Assembly (NCBI GenBank): GCA_963705725.1
Contig: CAVPKM010000013.1
Location: 25,862 to 89,861 of the forward strand
Length of the DNA stretch: 64,000 nucleotides
Direction of reading: 5' to 3'
Source: an uncultured Gammaproteobacteria bacterium
GTDB taxonomy: Bacteria > Pseudomonadota > Gammaproteobacteria > UBA6002
This document shows, piece after piece, positions 53,965 through 64,000 of this stretch. Each line of letters opens with the position of its first letter. Within the stretch, counting starts at the first letter, position 1. The position numbers and the translations under genes are program-made. The notes below the pieces were generated by a model, which saw only the letters and a list, made by a program, of their open reading frames with translations, searched no databases and was not told where the DNA came from.

Positions 53965-55641
53965 ATGGTAAATAAAGCAACTACTTACTGGCGATATTAT
54001 TTTGTGCTTATCGGGTTATTTCTGGGTGGGTTATTGTTACTTTGGCGAATGATTGATTTAAATTTTTTGCAGCGGTCATTTTTGTTGCAACAAAGTAATG
54101 CCAGAATACTGAGAACCCTCAACATTCCTGCTTATCGAGGAATGATTACCGATCGTTTTCAGCAACCACTAGCCATTAGTGCACAAGTCGATTCTATCTG
54201 GATAAATCCACAACTATTTGAACCCACCCCTTTGCAAGTCTTAAAACTTTCGCGCTTATTAAAAATGCCCGTGTCTAAAATTTATGATAAAACCTCAAAA
54301 CGTTCAGCTAAAGAATTTCTTTATTTAAAAAGAGGAGTCTCGCCAGCGATCAGCCAGAAAGTCAATTCGTTGATGATTCCAGGATTATTTTCTCAACATA
54401 ATTATCATCGTTTCTATCCGCAAAGTGAGGTGGTGGCTCATATCATTGGTTTCACGAATATTGATGATCAAGGACAGGAAGGTTTGGAGTTGGCCTATGA
54501 CAGTTGGTTAAGAGGTATTCCTGGCAAAAGAAAAGTATTCAAGGATAGGCTTGGGCACATAATTACGGATTTGGGTATTATTCAGCAGCCAAAACAGGGG
54601 CATAACCTTGTATTAAGTATTGATAACCGTGTTCAATATCTCGCTTATGAAGAATTGAAGGAAAGCATTAAAACATTTAATGCTAAGTCTGGTTCCATTA
54701 TTGTGCTTGACACTCAAACAGGTGAAGTGTTAGCCATGGTGAATCATCCTTCTTATAATCCAAATCGTATAGAAAATAACACAGATGGTCGATATCGTAA
54801 TCGAGCTGTGACAGACGTCTTCGAGCCAGGTTCAACGCTTAAAGCGTTCAGTGTGGCCAATGCTTTAGAATCCGGCATTTATTCTCCCAATACTCAGATT
54901 GATACTAATCCAGGATGGTTGAATGTAGTCGGTAGCTCAACCCCAATTCGAGATGAAAATAATAATGGCATCATCAGTGTGGTGCGAGTTTTACAAAAAT
55001 CCAGTGATGTGGGTGTGGCTAAAATGACCTTCTCCCTTCCTCCGGATCGTTTGGCTGAAATGTTGCATCGCGTTGGTTTTGGAGAGCGCACGAGCACGAT
55101 GTTCCCTGGAGAAGCTTCTGGAACATTGGCATATCGTACCAAGTGGCGACCGATTGAGCTTGCAACGCTTGCCTTTGGTTATGGCATTTCAGTGACAACC
55201 GTGCAGCTTGCCCAAGCCTATTCAATTATTGCTGAAAATGGCATCCAAAAGCCCGTATCTTTATTGAGAGTTGATAAAACAATTGCCGGCAAGCGAGTAT
55301 TGTCAAAAAAGATAGCAAATCAAATGCTATTAATGCTAGAGGCCGTAGTACAAGGCGGCACGGGGTCGTTGGCTAAAGTTGCAGGATATCGAGTGGCGGG
55401 CAAAACGGGTACCGCTTATATAGCAACGAAGGGGGGGTATGATAAACAACGCTATGTTTCTTCATTTGTCGGTATTGCGCCTGTCACTCGACCGCGCTTG
55501 GTTGTCGCTGTGATTATTCGAGAACCGCATGGACAGAAACATTTAGGTGGTTTGGTTGCTGCGCCGACTTTTTCAAAAGTGATGTCGGGGGCGCTTCGAT
55601 TGCTGAATATTCCTCCTGATGATTTGGCGGTAGAAGATTGA
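53965..55641 (+). CDS. ftsI: peptidoglycan D,D-transpeptidase FtsI (PBP3)
   Basis: STLK (FEPGSTLKAF), SSDVG (SxN-like) and KTGTA motifs; 558 aa. Confidence 0.9.
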   Translation: MVNKATTYWRYYFVLIGLFLGGLLLLWRMIDLNFLQRSFLLQQSNARILRTLNIPAYRGMITDRFQQPLAISAQVDSIWINPQLFEPTPLQVLKLSRLLKMPVSKIYDKTSKRSAKEFLYLKRGVSPAISQKVNSLMIPGLFSQHNYHRFYPQSEVVAHIIGFTNIDDQGQEGLELAYDSWLRGIPGKRKVFKDRLGHIITDLGIIQQPKQGHNLVLSIDNRVQYLAYEELKESIKTFNAKSGSIIVLDTQTGEVLAMVNHPSYNPNRIENNTDGRYRNRAVTDVFEPGSTLKAFSVANALESGIYSPNTQIDTNPGWLNVVGSSTPIRDENNNGIISVVRVLQKSSDVGVAKMTFSLPPDRLAEMLHRVGFGERTSTMFPGEASGTLAYRTKWRPIELATLAFGYGISVTTVQLAQAYSIIAENGIQKPVSLLRVDKTIAGKRVLSKKIANQMLLMLEAVVQGGTGSLAKVAGYRVAGKTGTAYIATKGGYDKQRYVSSFVGIAPVTRPRLVVAVIIREPHGQKHLGGLVAAPTFSKVMSGALRLLNIPPDDLAVED

Positions 55642-55666
55642 TAATAATTCGCATTGAGCAGAACAA

Positions 55667-57154
55667 ATGAAAAAAACATTGAAAATCAGCGAGCTATGTC
55701 AAGGGTTGGCGGTTGTTTCAGAAAAAGAAGACCGAGAGATAACTGGAATTGGTTCCGATAGTAGAGAAATCCAGCCAGGTGGATGTTTTGTTGCCTTGCC
55801 TGGATTAAATCAAGATGGTAGTCATTTCATTATGGATGCCATCCAAAGAGGAGCAGCAGCGGTTTTAATAGATGACGGAATACCTGCTTTGCAAGGAATA
55901 TCTGTACCGCTTATCCGGATTTCAAGGTTAACAGAAAAAGTGGGTGAAATTGCATCGCGTTATTATGATCATCCCAGTGAAAAAATTTCGCTAATTGGGG
56001 TTACCGGTACGAATGGAAAAACTTCGACCACGCAATTTATTGCGCAAGCAATGATGCAGCATGCTATGCCATGTGCAGTAATGGGCACCTTAGGTTATGG
56101 TTTCCCGAACCAGTTAACTCCTTCCTCCCACACGACTTCCACGAGTTTTGCATTATATCGTCAGCTAGCCGAGCTTGCTCAACAGGGCGCAAAAACGATT
56201 GCGATGGAGGTATCTTCTCATGCAATTGATCAAAAAAGAATTGCTGGGTTAACTTTTGACAGCGCTATTTTTACCAATTTATCTCAAGATCATCTTGATT
56301 ATCATTTAACCATGGAAAATTATGGTGCAGTCAAAAGGCAGTTGTTTTATACCCGAGGATTGAAGCAAGCCATCATCAACCTAGATGATAATTTTGGATT
56401 TTACTTGGCTAAGGAACTTCAAGATATTTTGCCTGTATACGGTTATGGTTTAAAACATCATGAGATAAATATCCCCTCTGTCTTGGTCAAACGCGCTTAT
56501 TTTAACGGTAAAGGAATGGCTGCTCAAATTTCTTCACCATGGGGAGAGGGTCAACTGCGATCTCGACTGCTAGGTAGATTTAATTTAAGCAATTTGCTTG
56601 CTGTAATTACTGCATTACAGTTACAAGGAGTAGATTTTCACCAGGCATTAAAATATGTAGATCAATTACAAACGGTACCCGGAAGAATGCAGGTATTAGG
56701 TGGGGGTAAGTTACCTTTAGTAGTGGTAGATTATGCTCATACGCCCGATGCCTTACTGCAAGTTTTGCTTGCGCTTAGGGAGCATGCGCATGGAGCATTA
56801 TGGTGTATATTTGGTTGTGGTGGCGATAGGGATAAGGGTAAAAGACCGATTATGGGACAAATTGCAGAAAGATATTCTGATCATCTTATTATTACAGATG
56901 ATAATCCACGAACAGAGCATGCTGGGGAGATCGTGAACGATATTATGAACGGTTTACTTTGCCCCTGGGCGGTGGAAATTGAGCATGATCGCGGCGCCGC
57001 GATTGCTCACGCGATTAATTGTGCTAGTCCAGGAGATGTGGTGCTAGTTGCAGGAAAAGGTCATGAGGAATATCAAATTATTGGTCAGGAAAAAATACCG
57101 TTTAGTGATGTTTCGCATATACAATCGCAATTACGTTTAAAGCAGAAGATGTGA
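55667..57154 (+). CDS. murE: UDP-MurNAc-tripeptide synthetase (meso-DAP adding)
   Basis: GVTGTNGKTST P-loop; DNPR (DDNPRTE) motif characteristic of MurE; 495 aa. Confidence 0.9.
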   Translation: MKKTLKISELCQGLAVVSEKEDREITGIGSDSREIQPGGCFVALPGLNQDGSHFIMDAIQRGAAAVLIDDGIPALQGISVPLIRISRLTEKVGEIASRYYDHPSEKISLIGVTGTNGKTSTTQFIAQAMMQHAMPCAVMGTLGYGFPNQLTPSSHTTSTSFALYRQLAELAQQGAKTIAMEVSSHAIDQKRIAGLTFDSAIFTNLSQDHLDYHLTMENYGAVKRQLFYTRGLKQAIINLDDNFGFYLAKELQDILPVYGYGLKHHEINIPSVLVKRAYFNGKGMAAQISSPWGEGQLRSRLLGRFNLSNLLAVITALQLQGVDFHQALKYVDQLQTVPGRMQVLGGGKLPLVVVDYAHTPDALLQVLLALREHAHGALWCIFGCGGDRDKGKRPIMGQIAERYSDHLIITDDNPRTEHAGEIVNDIMNGLLCPWAVEIEHDRGAAIAHAINCASPGDVVLVAGKGHEEYQIIGQEKIPFSDVSHIQSQLRLKQKM

Positions 57155-58509
57155 GGATGAAAATGAACCTTCAATTAAGTGAGTTGGCAGAGATTGTAGG
57201 TGGAGAATTGCTGGGTGAGAATCAAATTATCACTTCACTTTCAACCAATACGCGAGAATTAACAGCAGGACAGCTCTTTATCGCGCTAAAAGGTGCACAG
57301 TTTGATGGGCATGACTTTTTGCAGTCTGCCTATGAAAAAAAAGCCGCAGGGGTAATTATTTCGAAGAGACAGTCATTGCCCATTCCAAGTATTACCGTTG
57401 AAGACACCAAGCTAGCCTTAGGTAAAATAGCTGCATTTCATCGACAACAATTTCCAATTCCGGTCATCGCGATAACCGGCAGTTGTGGTAAAACCACCAC
57501 GACGGCTATATTGGCAACTATCCTAAATTGTATGGCCCCAACCCTGGCTCCAATAAAATCATTCAATAATGATATTGGTGTGCCACTCACGCTTTTGCAG
57601 TTAACTTCCAAACATCGCTATGCGGTAATTGAAATGGGAGCAAACCATCCTGGTGAAATTGCATACCTAAGCCGCCTGGCTGGTCAACAGTTTTCTATCA
57701 TTACAAACGTGGCGCCTGCTCATCTTGATGGCTTTAAAACTTTAGCAGGAGTGGCAAGTGCAAAGGGAGAAATTTTTGAGGCTTTAGCTGACGAGGGTAT
57801 GGCTGTTATTAATGCAGATGATCAGTTTGCAGACTATTGGCGAAAATTAATCAAAAATAAAAAAATGATCACTTTTGGAATTAAAAAAACTGCAGATGTT
57901 TATGCCAAGAACATTGGTTTAACAGAAACAGGAAATCCACAATTCGAGTTGTTTTCTCCTCATGGCAAATGTGAAATTAGGCTTCCTTTACTCGGGGAGC
58001 ATAATGTAAAGAACGCACTTGCGGCGATAGCTGCGGCCATTGCCGTAGGAGCAACAAAAGAGGCGATTCAACAAGGATTGGCCAGTGTTCAACCGGTTAG
58101 CAGCCGACTCAACAATTATAAAGGTTTGGCTGGAGCGGTGGTGATTGATGATACTTATAATGCCAATCCTTTATCTGTTGAGGCGGCATTACAAACCCTT
58201 GCTCATCGCAAGGGGGAGAGATTTTTCATTTTTGGCGACATGGCAGGGCTTGGCCAGGATGAAGCGGATTTTCATCGCGAAATTGGTTTACTCGCTAAGC
58301 GTTTAGGTATTGATAAATTATTGGCATGTGGCAAGCTCTCCGAGCTAGCTGTCAATCAATTTGGAAAAAACGGTTATCATTTTGAGAGTCAAGCAAGTTT
58401 GATCGAAACCTTGAAATCACAATTGCATGACGATGCTATCGTGCTCGTTAAAGGATCGCGTTCATCACAAATGGAAAACATCGTACAAGCTATTATCCAG
58501 GAAAAATAA
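57151..58509 (+). CDS. murF: UDP-MurNAc-pentapeptide synthetase
   Basis: [12 protein letters not shown]-loop; Mur ligase domains; 452 aa. Confidence 0.9.
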   Translation: MRMKMNLQLSELAEIVGGELLGENQIITSLSTNTRELTAGQLFIALKGAQFDGHDFLQSAYEKKAAGVIISKRQSLPIPSITVEDTKLALGKIAAFHRQQFPIPVIAITGSCGKTTTTAILATILNCMAPTLAPIKSFNNDIGVPLTLLQLTSKHRYAVIEMGANHPGEIAYLSRLAGQQFSIITNVAPAHLDGFKTLAGVASAKGEIFEALADEGMAVINADDQFADYWRKLIKNKKMITFGIKKTADVYAKNIGLTETGNPQFELFSPHGKCEIRLPLLGEHNVKNALAAIAAAIAVGATKEAIQQGLASVQPVSSRLNNYKGLAGAVVIDDTYNANPLSVEAALQTLAHRKGERFFIFGDMAGLGQDEADFHREIGLLAKRLGIDKLLACGKLSELAVNQFGKNGYHFESQASLIETLKSQLHDDAIVLVKGSRSSQMENIVQAIIQEK

Positions 58510-58510
58510 A

Positions 58511-59592
58511 ATGTTACTTTGGCTAACAAAATATCTTGAAAAATTTTGGCATTTTTTTCATGTTTTTCACTATCTGACATTTAGGTCTATTTTGAGTACA
58601 TTGACGGCATTGGTGCTCTCATTGCTAATTGGTCCTTATATGATTCAAAAGCTTACAGATTACCAAATTGGTCAGACCGTTCGTAATGATGGTCCAAAGA
58701 CCCACTTGAAAAAAAAGGCACCCCAACCATGGGTGGGGGGTTAATTTTAATTGCGATTGCATTTAGTATTTTTTTATGGGGGGATTTAACCAGCAGCTAT
58801 GTTTGGATAGTGTTGCTGGTAACCCTATGTTTTGGTGCAATTGGTTGGGTGGATGACTATCGGAAATTAATTAAAAAAGATACACGTGGATTGCCAGCTA
58901 AATGGAAATATCTTTGGCAAACAGTGGTTGGATTGCTCGCAGCTATTTTACTTTACCATATTGCAAAATTGCCTGTTGAAACACGCTTAATCGTTCCCTT
59001 CTTTAAGAATATATTTATACCGCTTGGAATAATGTACATTCCTTTTGTCTATTTTGTCATTGTTGGTGCAAGTAATGCAGTAAATTTGACAGATGGATTA
59101 GATGGCTTAGCGATATTGCCAACCGTGATGGTGGCGGGTGCATTAGGGGTATTTGCCTATACCACGGGGAATTCTCAATTCGCGAATTACCTGGGTATTC
59201 CTTATATTGCAGGCGTAGGTGAGGTCGCGGTCTTTTGTGCGGCCTTAGTTGGAGCCGGACTTGGCTTTCTATGGTTCAATACTTATCCCGCTCAAGTCTT
59301 TATGGGAGATGTGGGGGCGCTGGGTTTGGGAGCGGCCTTGGGTGTGGTTGCTGTTGTCGTGCGACAAGAATTAGTGCTGCTAATTATGGGCGGAGTTTTT
59401 GTCATTGAAACCATTTCTGTTATTTTACAAGTTGCGAATTACAAGCTGACAGGCAAACGTATTTTTAGAATGGCTCCTCTTCATCATCATTTTGAGTTGA
59501 AAGGTTGGCCTGAGCCGCGCGTTATTGTTCGATTTTGGATCGTCACCTTTGTGCTGGTGTTGTGTGGTTTAGCTACCTTAAAACTTAGGTAA
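58511..59592 (+). CDS. mraY: phospho-N-acetylmuramoyl-pentapeptide transferase, interrupted by a -1 frameshift at an A8 run (58709-58716)
   Basis: [29 protein letters not shown]…[13 protein letters not shown] | [14 protein letters not shown]… Both halves match MraY; A9 instead of A8 gives one continuous ~360-aa protein. Confidence 0.85.
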
Positions 59593-59627
59593 TCTGAACG
59601 GTTGGGCACTTTAAGAGGAGAACGATT

Positions 59628-60971
59628 TTGATTAAACGTGATGGTAAAGTCATCGTTGGACTTGGAAAAACAGGTCTCTCATGTGTCAACTTTTTGAAAT
59701 CGAGAGGAGTGCCGGTAGCAGTTACCGATAGCCGCCTAGCACCGCCTGGATTAGAAGAGTTGGTAGCGGCTTTTCCAGATATTCCAGTGGAAGTGGGCGG
59801 ATTTAATGAAAAACTCCTGCAGGCTGCAACAGAGTTAATCGTGAGTCCCGGTGTTTCCATTAAAGAGCCGCTTATTGCAGCTCAGCAAAAGCGCGGGATA
59901 TCAGTGATTGGAGATATTGAATTATTTGCAAGGTATGTTGAAAAACCTGTTGTCGCTATCACGGGATCAAATGGTAAAAGTACCGTGACGTCCTTGGTGG
60001 GTTTTCTTGCAGAACAAAGCGGCAAGAACGTAAAAGTTGGAGGCAACCTTGGTATTCCCGCACTTGATTTGTTAGGCAATGAGTTAACAGAGATGTATGT
60101 GTTGGAGTTATCTAGCTTTCAGTTAGAAACCACTTACACACTTAAGACAGCCTCGTCGGTGAATTTGAATATTTCTGCTGATCATATGGATCGATATGAT
60201 AGCCTGCTTGATTATGCTAAAGCTAAATTGCGTATTTATCAGCATTGTGAGCTTCCAGTAGTTAATTTAGATGATCCTTTAAGTTATCAGGGATTTCATT
60301 TCTCCACAGAGCCTGCAGGTTTTACTCTCAATGAACCAACTGGAAATAATTATGGATTGAGAACCCTAGCTGGAGAAAAATATCTGTTTCGTGGTCAGGA
60401 AAAATTACTGCCAGTTAATGCGCTGGGGCTTCGAGGTCGGCATCAATATGCAAATGTTCTGGCTGCTTTAGCGGTGGGCGAACAAATTGGGCTTTCCTTA
60501 CCATCCATGCTTAAAAATATTGTCGAATTTAAAGGTCTATCTCATCGCTGCCAATGGGTTGCAAATATTGACGGGGTAGATTGGTATAATGATTCTAAAG
60601 CAACAAATATTGGTTCTACTGAAGCCGCTCTTTCAGGAATTGGTCCTGAGATAAATGGAAAAATTGTTTTATTGGCAGGAGGTCAAGGTAAGAACGCGGA
60701 TTTTAGTGAGTTATATCAATCGATTTCACAATTTGTAAAAACCCTCATTCTATTCGGGGAAGATAAGTCTCTGATTGCACGAGATGTAGAGGGCGCAACA
60801 AGCATTCAGTTCACAGACGATTTAGAATCGGCGGTGATGATTGCAAAAAAATTAGCCGTTGAAGGAGATGTGGTGCTGTTATCGCCTGCTTGTGCAAGTT
60901 TTGATATGTTTAAAAATTTTGAACATCGAGGAGAAATGTTTATGTGCTTCGTCAGGAGGCTAATCGCTTGA
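59628..60971 (+). CDS. murD: UDP-MurNAc-L-Ala--D-Glu ligase
   Basis: N-terminal Rossmann (VGLGKTGLSCV), AITGSNGKST P-loop; 447 aa. Confidence 0.9.
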   Translation: MIKRDGKVIVGLGKTGLSCVNFLKSRGVPVAVTDSRLAPPGLEELVAAFPDIPVEVGGFNEKLLQAATELIVSPGVSIKEPLIAAQQKRGISVIGDIELFARYVEKPVVAITGSNGKSTVTSLVGFLAEQSGKNVKVGGNLGIPALDLLGNELTEMYVLELSSFQLETTYTLKTASSVNLNISADHMDRYDSLLDYAKAKLRIYQHCELPVVNLDDPLSYQGFHFSTEPAGFTLNEPTGNNYGLRTLAGEKYLFRGQEKLLPVNALGLRGRHQYANVLAALAVGEQIGLSLPSMLKNIVEFKGLSHRCQWVANIDGVDWYNDSKATNIGSTEAALSGIGPEINGKIVLLAGGQGKNADFSELYQSISQFVKTLILFGEDKSLIARDVEGATSIQFTDDLESAVMIAKKLAVEGDVVLLSPACASFDMFKNFEHRGEMFMCFVRRLIA

Positions 60972-62122
60972 TTCTAAAAAAAAACAAGCAACAGCAAATA
61001 TTTCTCGATCCGTGGATTTTAACTGCCAGCCTATCGATAATGATGATTGGCCTATTGATGGTAACTTCCGCATCGATGGTAATTTCAGAACAGATTTTTA
61101 ATTATCCTTTTCACTTTCTTTTTCATCAGTTGGCCTATTTGGCGCTAGGTGGTATGCTCGGCATCCTCCTCTTCCGGGTCGATCTTCATCGCGTGCGAGT
61201 GGTTGGAAACTATTTATTTATTGCTTGCCTATTTTTCTTAATGCTGGTGCTGATTCCTGGCATTGGTCATAAAGTGAATGGCAGTACTCGGTGGATTGGG
61301 TTTGGTCCATTAACTTTACAAGTATCCGAACTTGCTAAGTTCAGCGTTATTCTCTATCTGTCAGGATATTTGGTCCGCAGAAATGAAGAAATTCAAACCA
61401 AGATAACAGGTTTTATCAAGCCCTTATTCCTTCTCTCTATTGTTGCCTTTTTTCTTTTGCTTGAACCCGATTTTGGTGCGACCACTGTTATCATGGTGAC
61501 GGCACTGGGCATGATGTTTTTGGCAAGAGTAAAATTATCACAATTTGTGGCTTTATTTGTGATAGTGGCAGGTGCTTTAGTCTTGCTTGCTGTCACCTCT
61601 CCTTATCGTTTACAGCGAATTACCACTTTTTTACATCCTTGGGAGAATCCATTTGACAGCGGATACCAGTTGACGCAATCCCTTATTGCTTTTGGGCGCG
61701 GAGGGGTAACCGGTGTGGGGCTCGGGAATAGTATTCAGAAATTGTTTTATTTGCCTGAAGCGCAAACCGACTTTCTATTTGCTGTGCTTGCAGAAGAAAC
61801 AGGATTTATCGGCGAATTCATTGTCATTGCGTTATTTGCATTATTAGTGGGAAGAATTTTTTATATTGCTAAGCAAGCGCTTGCCCAAGCTAAACCCTTT
61901 GAAGCATATTGTGCATTTGGCTTTGGATTATGGCTTGGAGTTCAGGCCATGATAAATATTGGCGTTAACTCGGGATTATTGCCAACAAAAGGGCTCACAT
62001 TGCCCTTCATGAGTTATGGCGGGAATAGTTTATTAGTAAACTGTGTAGTGCTTGCCATCTTACTGCGAATAAGCCACGATTGTCGGCAGCTGACAAATGT
62101 CAGAGTAGTAAAAAGAGTATAA
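60944..62122 (+). CDS. ftsW: peptidoglycan glycosyltransferase FtsW (SEDS family)
   Basis: 10-TM SEDS protein with …PEAQTDF…FGRGG… conserved blocks; 392 aa. True start probably a little downstream of the overlap with murD. Confidence 0.85.
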   Translation: MLRQEANRLILKKNKQQQIFLDPWILTASLSIMMIGLLMVTSASMVISEQIFNYPFHFLFHQLAYLALGGMLGILLFRVDLHRVRVVGNYLFIACLFFLMLVLIPGIGHKVNGSTRWIGFGPLTLQVSELAKFSVILYLSGYLVRRNEEIQTKITGFIKPLFLLSIVAFFLLLEPDFGATTVIMVTALGMMFLARVKLSQFVALFVIVAGALVLLAVTSPYRLQRITTFLHPWENPFDSGYQLTQSLIAFGRGGVTGVGLGNSIQKLFYLPEAQTDFLFAVLAEETGFIGEFIVIALFALLVGRIFYIAKQALAQAKPFEAYCAFGFGLWLGVQAMINIGVNSGLLPTKGLTLPFMSYGGNSLLVNCVVLAILLRISHDCRQLTNVRVVKRV

Positions 62123-62181
62123 ACACGTACGTTTTAGAAAAATTCTACTATAACTAAAGAATTAGGTATTTTGGAGAAGAT

Positions 62182-63594
62182 ATGAACTTAAGTTCCAGCA
62201 TGGAAAATTTCAAAAAAATTCATTTCATTGGGATAGGCGGCGCTGGAATGGGTGGCATTGCAGAGGTTGTGGTTAATCAAGGCTATGAAGTATCGGGATC
62301 TGACCTGAGTGAAAATAATGTTACCCAGCATCTTGAGAAACTGGGTGTAAAATTTATTAAGGGTCACCATGAAAATAATATCACCGGCGTTGATCTGGTT
62401 GTTTATTCCAGTGCAATTCCCAATAATAATCCTGAACTAACGGCCGCCATAAATAAAAATATTCCCCATATTCCTCGAGCCAAAATGTTGGCGCTGTTAA
62501 TGAGACCTAAATATGGAATAGCAATTGCAGGAACCCATGGTAAAACCACTACGACAAGTTTGGTGGCGAGTGTGTTAGCTCAAGGAGACCTTCAACCCAC
62601 TTTTGTGGTAGGCGGGCGACTTGAAAGCGTTGGGACGAATGCACAACTGGGTGCGGGTAAATATTTTGTCGCTGAGGCAGATGAAAGCGATGCCTCCTTT
62701 CTTTTCCTGAAACCCAAAATTGCAATTATTACCAACATCGATAGCGATCACCTTAATACTTATAATGGAGAGATGTCAGCGCTGTGCGATTCTTTCTTAC
62801 AGTTTGTTGCTGAGATTCCACCAGACGGCTTAGTAGTAATTTGTGCTGATGACGAAATTGCTATAAGTTTACAAAAAGACATTAAGGCCCCCACCTTGAC
62901 CTATGGTTTTAATCCGCAAGCAGATATTCAGATTACTGCTTTTTCCCAGTGTGGCTTGGAAAGTTGTTTTCATATAGTCGATAAGATCAACCAATCAGAA
63001 TCCGATGTTCGTCTAAGTTTGGCAGGAAAACATAATGCGCTTAATGCTTTAGCGGCAATAGCGGTGGCTCGTAAGCTTGAAGTCCCAGAAGAAAAAATAA
63101 ATAAAGCCTTGTCCAATTTTATGGGCATAGGAAGACGATTCCAAATTTACGGAGAGGTTGCCATCCCTGATGGAGAAGTAACCGTGATTGATGATTATGG
63201 TCATCACCCAAGGGAAATTGCAGCAACCCTTGATGCAATTCGCTTAGTTTGGCCAGATCGTAGAGTAGTGATGGCTTATCAACCGCATCGCTATACGAGA
63301 ACCTTTGCCTTAATGCAAGAGTTTGCCAATATATTATCAATTCCTGATGTATTATTGCTGCTTGATGTTTATTCTGCAGGAGAAGAACCTATCCAGGGCG
63401 CAGATAGCCAATCACTTTGTCAGCAGATTAAAAAAATTGGAAAAATTTCACCCTATTTTGTTCCAAGCATTGATCAATTGCCTGATGCAGCAAAACAAGT
63501 ATTAAAAGATGGAGATATTTTTTTAATTCAGGGGGCTGGAAGTATCGGACAGATGGCGGCTAAATTGTTTTCAAAAAAAACCGAGCAAAAATAA
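62182..63594 (+). CDS. murC: UDP-MurNAc--L-Ala ligase
   Basis: IHFIGIGGAGMGGIAE, AIAGTHGKTTTT motifs; 470 aa. Confidence 0.9.
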   Translation: MNLSSSMENFKKIHFIGIGGAGMGGIAEVVVNQGYEVSGSDLSENNVTQHLEKLGVKFIKGHHENNITGVDLVVYSSAIPNNNPELTAAINKNIPHIPRAKMLALLMRPKYGIAIAGTHGKTTTTSLVASVLAQGDLQPTFVVGGRLESVGTNAQLGAGKYFVAEADESDASFLFLKPKIAIITNIDSDHLNTYNGEMSALCDSFLQFVAEIPPDGLVVICADDEIAISLQKDIKAPTLTYGFNPQADIQITAFSQCGLESCFHIVDKINQSESDVRLSLAGKHNALNALAAIAVARKLEVPEEKINKALSNFMGIGRRFQIYGEVAIPDGEVTVIDDYGHHPREIAATLDAIRLVWPDRRVVMAYQPHRYTRTFALMQEFANILSIPDVLLLLDVYSAGEEPIQGADSQSLCQQIKKIGKISPYFVPSIDQLPDAAKQVLKDGDIFLIQGAGSIGQMAAKLFSKKTEQK

Positions 63595-63603
63595 GACTAA
63601 AAC

Positions 63604-64000
63604 ATGCAACAATTTCGTGGCCAACTCAAAGAACATGAAAATTTAGCGAGATATACTTCTTGGCGTGTTGGCGGCGTAGCTAGACGTTTTTATAAGCCTG
63701 TTAATGTGGAAGATTTATCCTGTTTTTTACGTAGTTTGCCAGAAAATGAATCGGTAACGTGGTTAGGACTAGGTAGTAATGTCTTGATACGAGATGGGGG
63801 TTTGCCAGGTACAGTCATTTTTACTTTAAATCGATTAGGCAAGATTGAGCTCATTGAAAAATGCAATCAAATTCGAGTAGAGGCGGGAGTCACTTGCGCC
63901 AAGCTGGCGAAATTTTGTGCTAAACAAGGCTTTGCAAATAGTACATTTTTTGCAGGCATTCCTGGAACGGTCGGGGGTGCCTTGATGATGAATGCCGGCG
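63604..64000 (+). CDS. murB: UDP-N-acetylenolpyruvoylglucosamine reductase, 3'-truncated at window edge
   Basis: MQQFRGQLKEHENLARYTSWRVGGVARRFYKP…LGLGSNVLIRDGG… FAD-binding MurB N-terminus; not in the ORF track because it runs off the end. Confidence 0.8.
   Translation, partial: MQQFRGQLKEHENLARYTSWRVGGVARRFYKPVNVEDLSCFLRSLPENESVTWLGLGSNVLIRDGGLPGTVIFTLNRLGKIELIEKCNQIRVEAGVTCAKLAKFCAKQGFANSTFFAGIPGTVGGALMMNAG

Overview
This 64 kb window is a low-GC (~39-40 %) gammaproteobacterial chromosome segment with the gene content and order of an intracellular Legionellales-type organism (Legionella/Coxiella/Rickettsiella-like). The lineage call is inference from synteny, ankyrin-repeat and orphan proteins; it is not a database hit.

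Conserved core, in order:
- cyoE(partial)-SCO1-TlpA-acyP, gmhB, fmt, tRNA-Met, ychF-pth-rplY-prs, tRNA-Gln, ispE-lolB.
- hemA-prfA-prmC-rdgB, hslVU, a SPOR-domain protein, argS, hemF, mrcA.
- a reduced type IV pilus operon pilMNOPQ followed by aroK-aroB.
- rplM-rpsI-sspA-sspB; yraN-diaA-dolP divergent from rsmI.
- RNase P RNA (rnpB).
- the dcw cluster mraZ-rsmH-ftsL-ftsI-murE-murF-mraY-murD-ftsW-murC-murB(partial), with murG missing from its usual slot.

Interspersed are large orphan or eukaryotic-like proteins that look like candidate secreted effectors: an 803-aa ankyrin protein, and 677-aa, 508-aa, 364-aa and 198-aa orphans.

The most unusual region is a ~11.5 kb mosaic accessory island between rnpB and mraZ (about 40.6-52.1 kb). 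It contains:
- a degraded IS66-family tnpC interrupted by a 108-nt pure poly(A) tract and a TAG nonsense codon;
- an intact IS256-family transposase;
- an IS3 OrfA remnant;
- four tandem small unknown ORFs with an orphan hemagglutinin-repeat-like fragment;
- a RelE/ParE toxin paired with a truncated antitoxin;
- two paralogous glycine-zipper small membrane protein genes whose 3' ends plus a 12-bp-arm palindrome form a ~190-bp direct repeat flanking the toxin module;
- a multiply frameshifted AAA-ATPase (PF01637-like) gene with a C-terminal winged helix-turn-helix domain;
- an XRE regulator.

Many otherwise essential genes (mraY, ftsL, aroK, aroB, the SPOR-domain gene) carry single-base frameshifts, mostly at A7-A8 homopolymers. 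The most likely explanation is indel errors in the assembly. The alternative is genuine genome decay or transcriptional slippage.

No CRISPR arrays or rRNA genes were seen.
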